This document shows, one piece after another, positions 29,098 through 40,198 of a DNA stretch of 64,000 bases. How positions within the stretch are numbered: the first letter of the stretch is position 1; each line of letters begins with the position of its first letter. Source of the DNA: an uncultured Gemmatimonadota bacterium (GTDB taxonomy: Bacteria; JAAXHH01); the NCBI GenBank assembly GCA_951812955.1, contig OX638340.1:3104001-3168000 (forward strand), written 5' to 3'. Below the pieces are notes generated by a model. It was not told the origin of the DNA, did no database searches, and worked only from the letters and a program-made list of their open reading frames with translations. The position numbers and the translations under genes were made by a program.

Positions 29098-30495
29098 ATG
29101 CCCGATGAGGTGCTGCACAGCAGGCTCGGATCCGTCGTGGACGGATATGCGCCCGCGAGCCGGGAAACGCTGGCTTCCCTTGCCGTGGAAGGGGTCGTTC
29201 CCTCGGCCTTCGTAGCCCCGGGAAGCGTGGAGTCCCTTTCGGCTACCGTGAAAGTGGCCACGGAACTGGGTTACGCCGTGATTCCGCGGGGTGGCGGCAC
29301 CAAGATGGACTTCGGCCATCCGCCCTCCCGCGCGGACATCGTGGTGTCCATGGAGCGCCTCAACCGGATCGTCGCCCACGAACCGGCGGACCAGACGGCC
29401 ACTGTAGAGGCCGGCATCACCATGGCCGGGCTGCAGTCCGGGCTGGGAAAAAGAGGCCAGTATCTTCCCCTGGACCCGCCTCACGGCGATGCGTGCACCC
29501 TGGGCGGCGTACTCGCCACCAATGCCTCCGGCGTGCTCAGGACCTCCTTCGGTACGGCCAGGGACATGGTCATCGGCGCCCGTGTGGTCCAGGCGGACGG
29601 CACGGTTGTGCGTTCCGGCGGTCAGGTCGTCAAGAACGTAGCGGGTTACGACCTGAACAAGATGTACATCGGTTCGCTCGGCACGCTCGGCATTCTCGCG
29701 GAGGTGAATCTCAAGCTCCAGCCCCTGTCGGCTGCGGGAAGAATCGTCATCGGAAACATGCCGGAGCTGGGCGCTGCCGCCGAATGCGCATTTCGGGTTA
29801 TGGACTCGGAGGTCATGCCGTCCTTCCTGGAATTAGCCAATCCCGCGGCCTGCGCCTTGCTTGCGGGTGATGCCGGCGGTGCGCCGGTCCACGGCGCCGG
29901 GGAGGGCAGCGCGCGGAACGGACATCATTTCACGCTTGTAGCGGGCATGATCGGACCGAACGAGACGGTGGACTGGCAGTCCAAGGAATGCGAACGGCTT
30001 TTCCGGGAGTCGGGCGCGGTCGAAGTCGTCCAGACGGACGGGGACGGATACCGCCGGCTTCTCGATGCGATGCGGGCTTTTCCCGCGGGCCGGCTCGTGC
30101 CCCGGGGCATGGGGCCGGGGTTGACCTGCCGCGCCGGCGTGACTCCGGACAGGGTGGACGCGCTGTTCCGGCTGGCGGATGAAGGCTGCCGGCGCCTGTC
30201 CATCGGCTGTGCCATGCTCTCCCATTTCGCAAGCGGCCACGTGGCCTTCGTCTTCTACCGGGAAGGGACGTTCCAGGTTCCGGAATTCGACGGGTTGGCG
30301 GGCCTGATCGAGGCATTGCGGAGCGCGTCGGAACAACAGGGCGTCTTCGTGGTGGAGCATGCGCCCGCCGCCCTGAGGGAACGGGTCGGCGTGTGGGGTT
30401 CAACCGGAGGAAACCAACGCATCATGGAAATGCTCAAATACCGTTTCGATCCGAAAAGCACGTTGAATCCGGGTCGGTTTACGGACGGAATCTGA
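29098..30495 (+). CDS. glcE: FAD-binding oxidase, GlcE-like subunit
   Basis: A second FAD_binding_4-type protein (IPRGGGTKMDFGHPP...) lies immediately after glcD, as in glcDE operons. Confidence 0.7.
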   Translation: MPDEVLHSRLGSVVDGYAPASRETLASLAVEGVVPSAFVAPGSVESLSATVKVATELGYAVIPRGGGTKMDFGHPPSRADIVVSMERLNRIVAHEPADQTATVEAGITMAGLQSGLGKRGQYLPLDPPHGDACTLGGVLATNASGVLRTSFGTARDMVIGARVVQADGTVVRSGGQVVKNVAGYDLNKMYIGSLGTLGILAEVNLKLQPLSAAGRIVIGNMPELGAAAECAFRVMDSEVMPSFLELANPAACALLAGDAGGAPVHGAGEGSARNGHHFTLVAGMIGPNETVDWQSKECERLFRESGAVEVVQTDGDGYRRLLDAMRAFPAGRLVPRGMGPGLTCRAGVTPDRVDALFRLADEGCRRLSIGCAMLSHFASGHVAFVFYREGTFQVPEFDGLAGLIEALRSASEQQGVFVVEHAPAALRERVGVWGSTGGNQRIMEMLKYRFDPKSTLNPGRFTDGI

Positions 30496-30558
30496 AGGAA
30501 CCGGCCTTGTGAAGCCACGGATGTGCCGCACAAGATCCGGTTAAACGGGAGATCCCAA

Positions 30559-31818
30559 ATGAAACTGCCTGCATTCAGGGAGATTCGCCAGCGGTTCGAC
30601 GCGCCTGTCGTCGAGGATATATCCGGAACGACTGAAATGGAAGTCTCCCGCATGATCGAGGAGACGGGCATGCGCGCCGGATCTACGGTGGCCGTCGCGT
30701 GCGGAAGCCGGGGGATCGGAAACATAGCGACCATCGTCGGGAGTGTCGTTTCCGCACTCGGCAAAGCCGGACTGAAGCCGTTCGTTGTACCGGCCATGGG
30801 CAGTCACGGGGGTGCGACTTCCGAAGGACAGCAAAGGGTACTGGAGAACTACGGTATCAGCGAAGCGGCGACCGGGTGCCCCGTACGCTCCGACATCGAG
30901 CCTGCGAGCCTCGGGCAGACCGAGGACGGACTGCCGGTTTACCTGGACCGGAATGCCCTGTCCGCGGACCATATCGTGGTGGTCAACCGTGTGAAGCCCC
31001 ATACGGACTTCAAGGGATCGGTAGGTAGCGGACTGATGAAGATGCTGGCTATCGGGCTGGGCAAGCAGAAAGGCGCCAGCTACTATCACGGCGCGGTCTT
31101 CGAATACGGGTTCGAACACATGATCACGACCGTGTCCGGGCACGTTCTCGAGCACGCGCCTGTGGCCTTCGGACTGGCCATCATCGAGAACGCCTACGAT
31201 CAGACCGCCCACATCTCGGGCGTCCCTGCGAATGTCCTGCAGCAAGAAGAACGCCGCCTCTTCCAGGAGGCGCAGCGCCTCATGCCCCGCCTTCCGTCCG
31301 ACGACATCGACATACTGATCGTCGACGAGATGGGGAAGAACATCAGCGGGACCGGCATGGACACGAATATCATCGGCCGGCGCATGCAGAATTTCGAGAA
31401 TGAGCCCGCGGTTCCGCGGATCCTGCGCATCATCGTCCGCGACCTGACCCCGCAGAGCGAGGGCAACGCCGTGGGCATCGGTCTCGCCGATTTCACCACC
31501 CGCCGCCTGGTGGACAAGATCAATCACCAATACACCTACGTCAATTCCATCACGGGCATGAGCCCTCAGAAATCCCGCATTCCCGTGTTTCTGGACACGG
31601 ACCGCGAAGTAATCGAGGCCGCCTTCTCCACCATCGGCATGAAGCCGCCCGGGGACGGACGCGCCGTCCGCATAAAGAACACGCTCTCCCTCGGACGCGT
31701 AGCGGTTTCCGACGCCCTGTCGGAAGAACTGGCCGATCGGGAGGACATCGAATTCACGGACCGCCGCGGACCGCTGGAATTCGACGGACGCGGTACCCTG
31801 GCGTCCCTTCCGGACTGA
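30559..31818 (+). CDS. LarA-like (DUF2088, lactate-racemase family) domain protein - tentative
   Basis: AMGSHGGAT and VNRVKPHTDFKG...G resemble the LarA ALGTHRPHT and IGNIEPHYFAGFSGG segments. This comes from recall only and was not verified. Confidence 0.4.
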   Translation: MKLPAFREIRQRFDAPVVEDISGTTEMEVSRMIEETGMRAGSTVAVACGSRGIGNIATIVGSVVSALGKAGLKPFVVPAMGSHGGATSEGQQRVLENYGISEAATGCPVRSDIEPASLGQTEDGLPVYLDRNALSADHIVVVNRVKPHTDFKGSVGSGLMKMLAIGLGKQKGASYYHGAVFEYGFEHMITTVSGHVLEHAPVAFGLAIIENAYDQTAHISGVPANVLQQEERRLFQEAQRLMPRLPSDDIDILIVDEMGKNISGTGMDTNIIGRRMQNFENEPAVPRILRIIVRDLTPQSEGNAVGIGLADFTTRRLVDKINHQYTYVNSITGMSPQKSRIPVFLDTDREVIEAAFSTIGMKPPGDGRAVRIKNTLSLGRVAVSDALSEELADREDIEFTDRRGPLEFDGRGTLASLPD

Positions 31819-31895
31819 GTCGGCGGCTCCATCTGAACCTGACGCCCTTCCGGACTGAATCGGCGGTCCACCTGGGCTGAACCTGCCGCCCTTCC
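31800..31895. repeat. About 3 imperfect direct repeats (about 30-35 bp) straddling the 3' end of the LarA-like gene
   Basis: cccttccggactga(g/a)tcggcgg(c)tcca(t/c)ctg..aacctg(a/c)cgcccttcc is repeated. Confidence 0.6.
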
Positions 31896-31905
31896 TGTTT
31901 ATTTA

Positions 31906-31933
31906 TTGACAAACCATCCTGGCTATGTATATT
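31906..31933 (+). promoter_or_regulatory. Sigma-70-type promoter (TTGACA-N16-TATATT) with AT-rich upstream tract, upstream of the sigma factor gene
   Basis: Read from the sequence: tgtttatttattgacaaaccatcctggctatgtatatt. Confidence 0.5.
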
Positions 31934-32043
31934 AGTAAACTGCCCGATTTTGCAAAAGGCTTGTCGATGAGCCTTGACCGGCGGGCATTGCTATTGGGAA
32001 GGGGGCCGATCAAAGCCCCTGAAGTCAAACGGATAAACAGGAG

Positions 32044-32916
32044 TTGTCGCAGAACGTGAGCACTTTAACGAAAACCAATTCGACGGCGTCGGAAGACCGG
32101 TCTCTCGATCTCTACCTGCAGGAAATCGGCAACGTGCCGCTGTTGATGGCCGAAGAAGAAACCGAGCTGGCCCGGTCGGTCCGGGCCGGCGACCAGAAAG
32201 CGCTGGAGAAGCTGGCGTCATCCAATCTCCGGTTCGTGGTCAGCGTCGCCAAGCAGTACCAGAACCAGGGACTTTCCCTGTCCGACCTGATTAATGAAGG
32301 AAATATCGGGCTGATCAAGGCGGCCAAGCGATTCGACGAGACCAAGGGCTTCAAGTTCATCTCTTACGCGGTCTGGTGGATTCGCCAGTCCATCCTCCAG
32401 GCGCTCGCCGAGCAGTCCCGGATCGTGCGGCTTCCCTTGAGCCGCGTGGGCACCCTCCACAAGATCGGCCGGCTGTCCAGCGAATTCGAACAAGAGTTCG
32501 GGCGCGAACCCAGCGCCGAGGAAATCGCTCGGGAGCTGGATATGAAACCCGGCGACGTGAAAGACACGATGCGCATCGCGAGCCGCCACGTATCGCTGGA
32601 CGCGCCGCTCAAATCGGGTGAAGACAACAGGTTGCTTGATCTCATCGAGGATGATGAACAGGATGCGCCGGACGAAGCCCTCATGGTGGATGCGCTGAAA
32701 GAAGAGATCTTCCGGGCGCTCGGATCCCTGACTAAGCGGGAAGCGGCCGTGATCGCCTTGTATTTCGGCATCAACATGGAAAAGTCCTATACCCTGGAGG
32801 AGATCGGATCGCGGTTCAGTCTCACGAGGGAACGCGTGCGCCAGATCAAGGAAAAGGCGCTGCGCAGGCTACGCCACGTTTCCAGAAGCCAGAAGCTTCG
32901 GGCCTATCTGAACTGA
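32044..32916 (+). CDS. RNA polymerase sigma-70 family factor (short RpoD/RpoS-like, regions 2-4)
   Basis: Regions 2.1-2.4 are present, and region 4 includes a helix-turn-helix. 290 aa, with a TTG start. Confidence 0.85.
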   Translation: MSQNVSTLTKTNSTASEDRSLDLYLQEIGNVPLLMAEEETELARSVRAGDQKALEKLASSNLRFVVSVAKQYQNQGLSLSDLINEGNIGLIKAAKRFDETKGFKFISYAVWWIRQSILQALAEQSRIVRLPLSRVGTLHKIGRLSSEFEQEFGREPSAEEIARELDMKPGDVKDTMRIASRHVSLDAPLKSGEDNRLLDLIEDDEQDAPDEALMVDALKEEIFRALGSLTKREAAVIALYFGINMEKSYTLEEIGSRFSLTRERVRQIKEKALRRLRHVSRSQKLRAYLN

Positions 32917-33015
32917 TTGATCCCCATCCGTGACGCGGCGGGACCCATCCCCGGGATCCCGCCGGTCATCCGCTCGCGACGGCGCCGCACCGGCCGCCGG
33001 GGCGCGGAGACGGAA

Positions 33016-33924
33016 ATGCTTCGAAGAAGATTGGTCTCAATCATACATATGCCGTCAAGTGCGCGGGACGATCAGCGGGAGTACGGCCTGTTGTCGATCC
33101 TGGCCTGCATCGCCATACTGGCGCTTCTGATGCTGGGGGGATGGCATTTCGCCGCGTCCCATGTGATTGCCCTGCTGGACGAAAGGGCCCTGATTGAACG
33201 GGAAAGGGAAAACAACCGGCTGCAGTCCCAGTTGCAGGCCCTGCATGAATTGGACGGCGCGCTCGAATCGCAGATCCTGACCCTGTCGGAGCGTGCGTCC
33301 GACATTGGCAAGATCGTGCATGGAGCCGATGTGCCCGGCACGGTCGCCGGCCCAGACAAGCCCCCTGGGTCCCAGGCATCTTTCGAATGGTCCGAATCGC
33401 CCGATGCGGCCATAGGCAGGATCGGCGGAAGGATCGACCGGATGCTGGCCGAAACCCGTGCGGAACTGACCAGCCTGCGTACCATCGAAGCAGAGGCAGG
33501 CACCGACGAGACATACTGGCTCGGCGTCCCTGTCGTCTTGCCGGTGCGCGGTCCCGTCTCGAGATCCTTCGGGTCTTCGCGCAACCTGTTGAGCGACGAC
33601 CAGCGCGTGCACGGCGGCCTGGACATCGCCGCGAACAAGGACGAACCGGTACGGGCGACTGCTAACGGAGTGGTTTCGAGGACCGGTGTGAACGCAAGCC
33701 TTGGCCGGTATGTGGACATCGATCACCAGAACGGGTACGTCACGCGGTACGGCCACCTTTCCGACGTGCTTGTCGAAAGAAGGAAACGGGTGGAGCGCGG
33801 GGAGGTCATCGGACGGGTCGGTCAGACAGGAAAGACCAGCGGATACCACATACATTACGAGGTCCATTACGAAGGCCGCATACTCGATCCGTCGGCCTGG
33901 TTGTTCCCCGCCCGGGGCCTTTAA
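33016..33924 (+). CDS. M23-family metallopeptidase with N-terminal TM and coiled coil (EnvC/NlpD-like)
   Basis: GLDIAANKDEPVRATANGVV...GHLS...GYHIHYEVHYEG gives the HxxxD/HxH LytM motifs. Confidence 0.8.
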   Translation: MLRRRLVSIIHMPSSARDDQREYGLLSILACIAILALLMLGGWHFAASHVIALLDERALIERERENNRLQSQLQALHELDGALESQILTLSERASDIGKIVHGADVPGTVAGPDKPPGSQASFEWSESPDAAIGRIGGRIDRMLAETRAELTSLRTIEAEAGTDETYWLGVPVVLPVRGPVSRSFGSSRNLLSDDQRVHGGLDIAANKDEPVRATANGVVSRTGVNASLGRYVDIDHQNGYVTRYGHLSDVLVERRKRVERGEVIGRVGQTGKTSGYHIHYEVHYEGRILDPSAWLFPARGL

Positions 33925-34070
33925 CCTGCGGCCGGTTGCGGAAGAAACCGCAAGAAATAGTTTGACACGAGGCGCGATCCGCTTCATTTTGTGTGTCACA
34001 TCGTCGCGGTAAGTGTTTATATCGTATTGATGAAGATTTCAGGGTCAACTTGTAACGGGAATCAGGGATT

Positions 34071-34949
34071 TTGATAAGAAACCGAATGCCGACCGGGCTC
34101 ATGGTCTTGCATTTCGGGGATATAACGGTTCGTATACCCGGACTGCCGATTGCTGTCATGCTGGGCGTGCTGGTCATGGTAACGGGCGTCGTATACGTCG
34201 GCGCGCGGTCATGGGTGGCCGAGTACAGGCATGAAAGCATGCGGGAAGAGATCGCGATCCTGGAACAGTCCAGCCGATCGAGCAGGGACAGGCTGGATTC
34301 GCTCATAGCATCGGAAGAGTCCGCCCGGTTGATTTCGGGGCTTCCAAGCATCCATCCGGACGTTCGCCAGGTAGGTGTGGGTGGACGGACCGAGATGCCG
34401 GATCCGGGTCTCGGTCACGATTCGCCCTTCTACCGGGCTTCCAGATTGTACTCCGAGATGGAAACCTCGAAACGGATGTCCAGCCTTTCGCTCAAGAGCA
34501 TGGAGGATATCGAGCGGCAGATCCGGGAAGTCGACGACCGCTGGCAGTTCGTACCTTCGATTACTCCGGTGACCGGCGTGATAACCAGCCGGTACGGACC
34601 GAGGAACGATCCCTTCACCGGTCTGTACGCCATGCACAGTGGAATCGATATCGCCGCGGCCCCGGGAACGCCGGTCAGTTCTCCGGCCAGTGGCGTCGTG
34701 ATCAAGACCGGTGTGGACTCCCGGTACGGCCTGTACATAGACGTGGACCACCAGAACGGATACAGGACCCGCTTCGGTCATCTTTCCACCATCCTGGTGA
34801 AGAAGGGCATGGAACTGCAGCGCGGAGATATCATCGGCCAGGTAGGTATGACGGGAAGAGCCAACGGATATCACCTGCACTACGAGATTCAGAAGGACGG
34901 CAGACGCGTCAACCCCATAAAGTACATCCGGTCCGAAAACGACTGCTGA
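34071..34949 (+). CDS. M23-family metallopeptidase (paralog of the preceding gene)
   Basis: HSGIDIAAAPGTPVSSPASGVV...GHLS...GYHLHYEIQKDG, with an N-terminal TM. Confidence 0.8.
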   Translation: MIRNRMPTGLMVLHFGDITVRIPGLPIAVMLGVLVMVTGVVYVGARSWVAEYRHESMREEIAILEQSSRSSRDRLDSLIASEESARLISGLPSIHPDVRQVGVGGRTEMPDPGLGHDSPFYRASRLYSEMETSKRMSSLSLKSMEDIERQIREVDDRWQFVPSITPVTGVITSRYGPRNDPFTGLYAMHSGIDIAAAPGTPVSSPASGVVIKTGVDSRYGLYIDVDHQNGYRTRFGHLSTILVKKGMELQRGDIIGQVGMTGRANGYHLHYEIQKDGRRVNPIKYIRSENDC

Positions 34950-34975
34950 ACCGTACGGACCACGAAATTCGATTG

Positions 34976-35010
34976 GAGGCAGGAGCGTAGTTCACTCCTG
35001 CCTTTTTCAT
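34976..35010 (+). terminator. Rho-independent terminator after the second M23 gene
   Basis: ggaggcaggagcg-tagttca-ctcctgcc followed by tttttca. Confidence 0.7.
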
Positions 35011-35183
35011 ATCTGTGCCGCGACCGTCTTCCGGTTGTTTTCCCCTTAACGTCAGCATAGCCACCCATACCCGCAGGCAATCTGCCGCCGTGTCGGTCGT
35101 CCCCTGAATTCCGCCGGGCGCCCGGTGGCGCGTGCCGGCCGGGAAGGGGCGAGGGCCGATCGATGTTCCGACAGGACTACATC

Positions 35184-35888
35184 ATGAGAACCATCCGTGT
35201 TTTCATCGATGCGATGATCCTGTTGATCCGGTCGCGCCGCGACCAGGACTATCACCGAGCCCGTTCGATCATCGCCCAGACCTGGGAAGACATATTCGGC
35301 CTGTCCACGGCGTCCGTCATGGCGCTGTCCGAACGCACCCTGCTTTCCATGTTGATGAAACGAAGTGGAGGGGCTGTAGACACCGCGCTGATGGCCGCGC
35401 GCCTGTTCAAGGAAGATGGAACGCTGGCCCTGTCGGACGGACAGGAGGACGACGGCCGCATCCTGTACCTCAAGGCCCTCAACTGTTACCTTGAAATCGC
35501 CGTGGAACCGACCATCGGCACGGAAGACTTTCGCTGGATCAGCGAAGACATAAGCTCCACCGGTCTCGTAACGGACCCCCACGAAGCGATCGGCGAACTG
35601 CTGGGTCTCCTCGAGAACGCGGATCTGCCCGTGTCTACTTCGATGCTGCTGTTCAGGTACTTCGAACGGTATGGCAAGTACGCCAGGGCCGAAGACATCC
35701 TGTTTCAAGTCATGGACGGTATCCCGGCCGTGCCTGAAATCGCCCGACTCGGCCTCGCGTTCTACGATCGGCTTGAATCCATGGGGGACGACTGCCTGGA
35801 ACGGGGCGGACTGCCCCGCGATGAGGTCCGTGAAGGACGGGAACAACTGAGGCAACGGATACACCGCGCCGGGTATGTTTTTGATTGA
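35184..35888 (+). CDS. Hypothetical helical protein
   Basis: The ORF has a good codon pattern, an amphipathic helical composition and no recognised motifs. The overlapping minus-strand ORF 35052-35864 is judged spurious. Confidence 0.35.
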   Translation: MRTIRVFIDAMILLIRSRRDQDYHRARSIIAQTWEDIFGLSTASVMALSERTLLSMLMKRSGGAVDTALMAARLFKEDGTLALSDGQEDDGRILYLKALNCYLEIAVEPTIGTEDFRWISEDISSTGLVTDPHEAIGELLGLLENADLPVSTSMLLFRYFERYGKYARAEDILFQVMDGIPAVPEIARLGLAFYDRLESMGDDCLERGGLPRDEVREGREQLRQRIHRAGYVFD

Positions 35889-35950
35889 CGGTACCGCGCC
35901 GGACTTATAGATTAGCGGAATCTGAAAAACCTGTAAGAAGACGGGGATTT

Positions 35951-37330
35951 ATGGTCACGGAAAGCACGGACAGGATAGTCCTGGAACCACCCGCGCCGTC
36001 TGCCGCGGTACAGGCGCGATCGCTGTACGTGGAGACCTACGGCTGCCAGATGAATAAGGCGGATTCCGAGTTGATCGTGGGGCTGCTCACACGCGAGGGG
36101 TACCGCGTAACCGACCGGGTCGACCGGGCCGACGTGATCCTGGTAAACACCTGCGCCATTCGTGAGAACGCGGAGCAGCGGGTACTCGGGCGCATGTCCG
36201 AACTGAACCGGTTCAAGACGGCCAATCCCGACCTGATCCTGGGACTCTGCGGTTGCATGTCCCAACACCTCGGCGACCGGATCATCGAGCAAGCACCCTA
36301 TATCGACCTGGTCGCGGGTCCCGACAATTACCGGCGCCTGCCGACCATGCTTCGAGCACTGGACGCGGAAAGCGAACCGGCGCTGAGCCTGACCTGGGAC
36401 CGGGCCGAACACTATCTCGACATCGATCCCGTCAGGGAAGCCGGCGTAAACGGCTGGGTTACGATCATGCGCGGCTGCGACAAGATGTGCGCCTTCTGCA
36501 TCGTTCCTTTCGTGCGCGGCCGGGAGCGCAGCACGCCCCACGGCGAAGTGATCCGCCAGATCGAGCGCCTCGCGGCGGAAGGATACCGGGAAGTAACGAT
36601 GCTCGGCCAGACGGTGAACAAGTACCGGGACGGCGAGGTCGACTTCGCGGACCTGCTTTCCCGGGCGGCGGAAATCGACGGCATCGCGCGCATCCGGTTC
36701 ACATCGCCCCACCCGGCACATTTCCCGGAACGTTTGATCGAGGTCATGGCGGCTTCCCCGAAGGTCTGTCCCCATACGCACCTTCCGCTGCAGTCCGGCG
36801 CGTCGACGACCCTGTCCCGCATGCGGCGGGACTATACCCCGGAAACGTTTCTTGAGGTGGTCCGCATGCTCCGGGAGCACATTCCCCGGATCGCCCTGAC
36901 GACGGACGTCATCGTGGGATTCTGTGGCGAGACGGAAGAAGAATACGAGGCGACCTGCGAGATGATGCGCACCGTGCAGTTCGACAGCGCTTTCATGTTC
37001 AAGTATTCTCCGCGCCCAGGGACGGCTTCCCATAAACGGCTGCCCGACGACGTGCCCGAAGCTGTAAAGGCCGAAAGGCTGACAGCCATCATCGACATGC
37101 AGAAATCGATCTCCGATCTCCGGAACCGTGCGTACAGGGGACAGATCGTGCATGTGCTTGTAGAGGGCCAGTCCAAACGCGACGCAGATAAGCTCTTCGG
37201 CAAGACGGACGCCTTCAAGACCGCCGTGTTTCCCCGGAGGCCGGGCATCGAATCCAACATGATCGTTCCCGTGCGCGTCAACGGTTCCACACCCTTCACG
37301 CTGTTCGGAGACATCGAAACGCCGGCATAG
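35951..37330 (+). CDS. miaB: tRNA-2-methylthio-N6-dimethylallyladenosine synthase MiaB
   Basis: The MTTase N-terminal domain (LYVETYGCQMNKADSE) is followed by a radical-SAM CxxxCxxC motif (CDKMCAFCIVP) and a C-terminal TRAM domain. Confidence 0.9.
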   Translation: MVTESTDRIVLEPPAPSAAVQARSLYVETYGCQMNKADSELIVGLLTREGYRVTDRVDRADVILVNTCAIRENAEQRVLGRMSELNRFKTANPDLILGLCGCMSQHLGDRIIEQAPYIDLVAGPDNYRRLPTMLRALDAESEPALSLTWDRAEHYLDIDPVREAGVNGWVTIMRGCDKMCAFCIVPFVRGRERSTPHGEVIRQIERLAAEGYREVTMLGQTVNKYRDGEVDFADLLSRAAEIDGIARIRFTSPHPAHFPERLIEVMAASPKVCPHTHLPLQSGASTTLSRMRRDYTPETFLEVVRMLREHIPRIALTTDVIVGFCGETEEEYEATCEMMRTVQFDSAFMFKYSPRPGTASHKRLPDDVPEAVKAERLTAIIDMQKSISDLRNRAYRGQIVHVLVEGQSKRDADKLFGKTDAFKTAVFPRRPGIESNMIVPVRVNGSTPFTLFGDIETPA

Positions 37331-37433
37331 CGAATTGCCCCGCCCCGTCGCGGACGAATCGCCCGCGGAAGACGGTCGAACAAGAATGAAAACGGGCGAA
37401 CCGTAGTCGAACAGGAAAGGAAGCCTATACCCT

Positions 37434-38285
<852 letters not shown>

Positions 38286-38305
38286 GGGCAGCCCCTGGAG
38301 GTAAA

Positions 38306-39436
38306 ATGGCGCGAACGGGAAGAGCGGCGATACTGGACGGGGAAAAAGGGAACTTCACGGTCGGCGAGGCGGTGGTCCCCGATCCGGGGCCGGGCGAGTT
38401 GCTCGTCAGGCAGACCATGTGCGGCGTGTGCGGCACGGACGTGCACATCTACAACGGCCACATGCGGCGCAAGGCCTTCCCGCTAGTGTTGGGCCATGAA
38501 ATCGTCGGCGTGATCGAAAAACTGGGACCAGGCGTCGACTCGGACGCGATGGACAAACCGGTAAGAGAGGGCGATCTCATCGCCGTAATCCCCGGGCAAC
38601 AGTGCGGGTCCTGCTATTTCTGCGCGGTGGTCCGGGAGCCCGGACTCTGTCCCAACGTGCTGGCCTACGGATTCCGGCCCTATGCCGACACCAAGCCCCA
38701 CTTCCAGGGCGGGTACGCGGAATACGTCCTGCTGAACATCCCACGCAGCAAGTTCCTGAAGGTAAGTTCGCCGCCAGAAATCGCCGTCCTGCTCGAACCC
38801 TTCACCGTCGGTCTCCATTTCGCCGAAAAGGCGCAGATGAAACTCGGGTCCACAGCGGTGATCCAGGGCGCCGGGGCCATCGGTCTTTTCAGCCTCGCGG
38901 CGGCCATCGAGGCCGGCGCGCACCGCACCATCGTCGTAGGCGCACCGGCGTCCCGGCTGGAACTGGCGACGGCCTTCGGCGCCGACGTGACCATTAATAT
39001 CGAGGAAGTGCCGGACGCGCAGGAACGTATCGAAATGGTCAAGGCGGAAACGCCGGGCGGGCACGGCGCCGACGTGGTCTTCGAATGCACGGGCGTGCCA
39101 CCGGCCATCCCGGAGGGCGTGGAAATGCTGCGAAGGGGTGGCACCTACGTGGAAGGCGGTCATTTCACCGACGCGGGCGACGTCCGCATGAACCCCTTCA
39201 ACCACTTCGTGTTCCGCCACATTACCCTCGTGGGCGTCTGGGCCAGCAACATCTCCCACTTCGTCCGCGGCCTGCCCATCCTCGAGTCCGGCCGCTATCC
39301 CTTCGAGGAAATGGTGTCCCACACCCTGCCGCTGAGCCGGGTCGGCGAGGCCATCGACGCCCTGTCCACCAATTACCGGCTTGACGGAGAAGAGGTCCGC
39401 AAGATCGCCATATCGGGGGAAGTGGAGCGCCAATGA
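38306..39436 (+). CDS. Zinc-dependent alcohol dehydrogenase (MDR family)
   Basis: CGVCGTDVHIYNGH and GHEIVG give zinc ligands and a Rossmann GAGAIG. Confidence 0.85.
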   Translation: MARTGRAAILDGEKGNFTVGEAVVPDPGPGELLVRQTMCGVCGTDVHIYNGHMRRKAFPLVLGHEIVGVIEKLGPGVDSDAMDKPVREGDLIAVIPGQQCGSCYFCAVVREPGLCPNVLAYGFRPYADTKPHFQGGYAEYVLLNIPRSKFLKVSSPPEIAVLLEPFTVGLHFAEKAQMKLGSTAVIQGAGAIGLFSLAAAIEAGAHRTIVVGAPASRLELATAFGADVTINIEEVPDAQERIEMVKAETPGGHGADVVFECTGVPPAIPEGVEMLRRGGTYVEGGHFTDAGDVRMNPFNHFVFRHITLVGVWASNISHFVRGLPILESGRYPFEEMVSHTLPLSRVGEAIDALSTNYRLDGEEVRKIAISGEVERQ

Positions 39437-40191
39437 AATTCAAACTGGGATTCAGCGGATTGAGGTGGACGACCCCCGACCTGGATGAGATTCTGGGGCA
39501 GCTGAAGGAAACCGGCTGGGATGGCTGGGAGATCCGCCAGTCGCTGGACTGGCTCGGATCGGCCAGCCGGGTGAAGGCCATTTCGGACCGTGCGGGCGTC
39601 GCGGTCGCCGTGGTCACTGGAATCGGCATTTCCCTCGACGGGGACCACGAAATGAAGGAACGCAACAAGCGCCGGATCGACTTCGCCGCCGACGTGGAGG
39701 CCGACACCTTCATGTTCATGGGCGCCGGGCGTCCCTACGGACGCTCCTCCACTCCGGACGACATCCGGGCCCTGGCGGATCTGTCCGACGAATTCGCCGA
39801 CTACGCATCGCAGTACGACCTGGACGTGTGCTACCACATCCACACGAGCACCACGGTCGATTCCCGCGAAGAGTGGGAACTGCTCATGCGCCTGATGAAG
39901 CGGGCGAAACTCTGTATCGACGTATCCCATTCAGCCTTCTGGCACTACGATCCCGCCCAGTCCATCCGCGATTTCAGGGACCGGCTGGTCTACGTGCACC
40001 TTCAGGATTACAAGGATTACCGCTTCGTCGAGCTCGGAGACGGGGGGTTGCTCGATTTTGGCGCAGCCATGAAGTCGCTGGAGGAGATCGGTTACGACCG
40101 GTGGGTGACCGTGTGTCCCAGCCAGACGGACCTGCCCGACATCGAGAAGATGCGGCGGGAACGCGCTTACCTGCGCAAACTGGGGTATTGA
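39433..40191 (+). CDS. Sugar phosphate isomerase/epimerase (xylose isomerase-like TIM barrel), coupled to the ADH gene
   Basis: 252 aa. The ATG overlaps the ADH stop as ATGA. TIM-barrel signature HIHT...HLQD. Confidence 0.65.
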   Translation: MKFKLGFSGLRWTTPDLDEILGQLKETGWDGWEIRQSLDWLGSASRVKAISDRAGVAVAVVTGIGISLDGDHEMKERNKRRIDFAADVEADTFMFMGAGRPYGRSSTPDDIRALADLSDEFADYASQYDLDVCYHIHTSTTVDSREEWELLMRLMKRAKLCIDVSHSAFWHYDPAQSIRDFRDRLVYVHLQDYKDYRFVELGDGGLLDFGAAMKSLEEIGYDRWVTVCPSQTDLPDIEKMRRERAYLRKLGY

Positions 40192-40198
40192 AGTCCCG

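Noticed and set aside
35052-35864. 270-aa minus-strand ORF overlapping the 35184-35888 + ORF
   Set aside because: The plus-strand ORF has a more protein-like composition (amphipathic helices) and fits the co-directional gene run from M23 to miaB. The minus product is Arg/Gly/Pro-biased. The choice remains low confidence.
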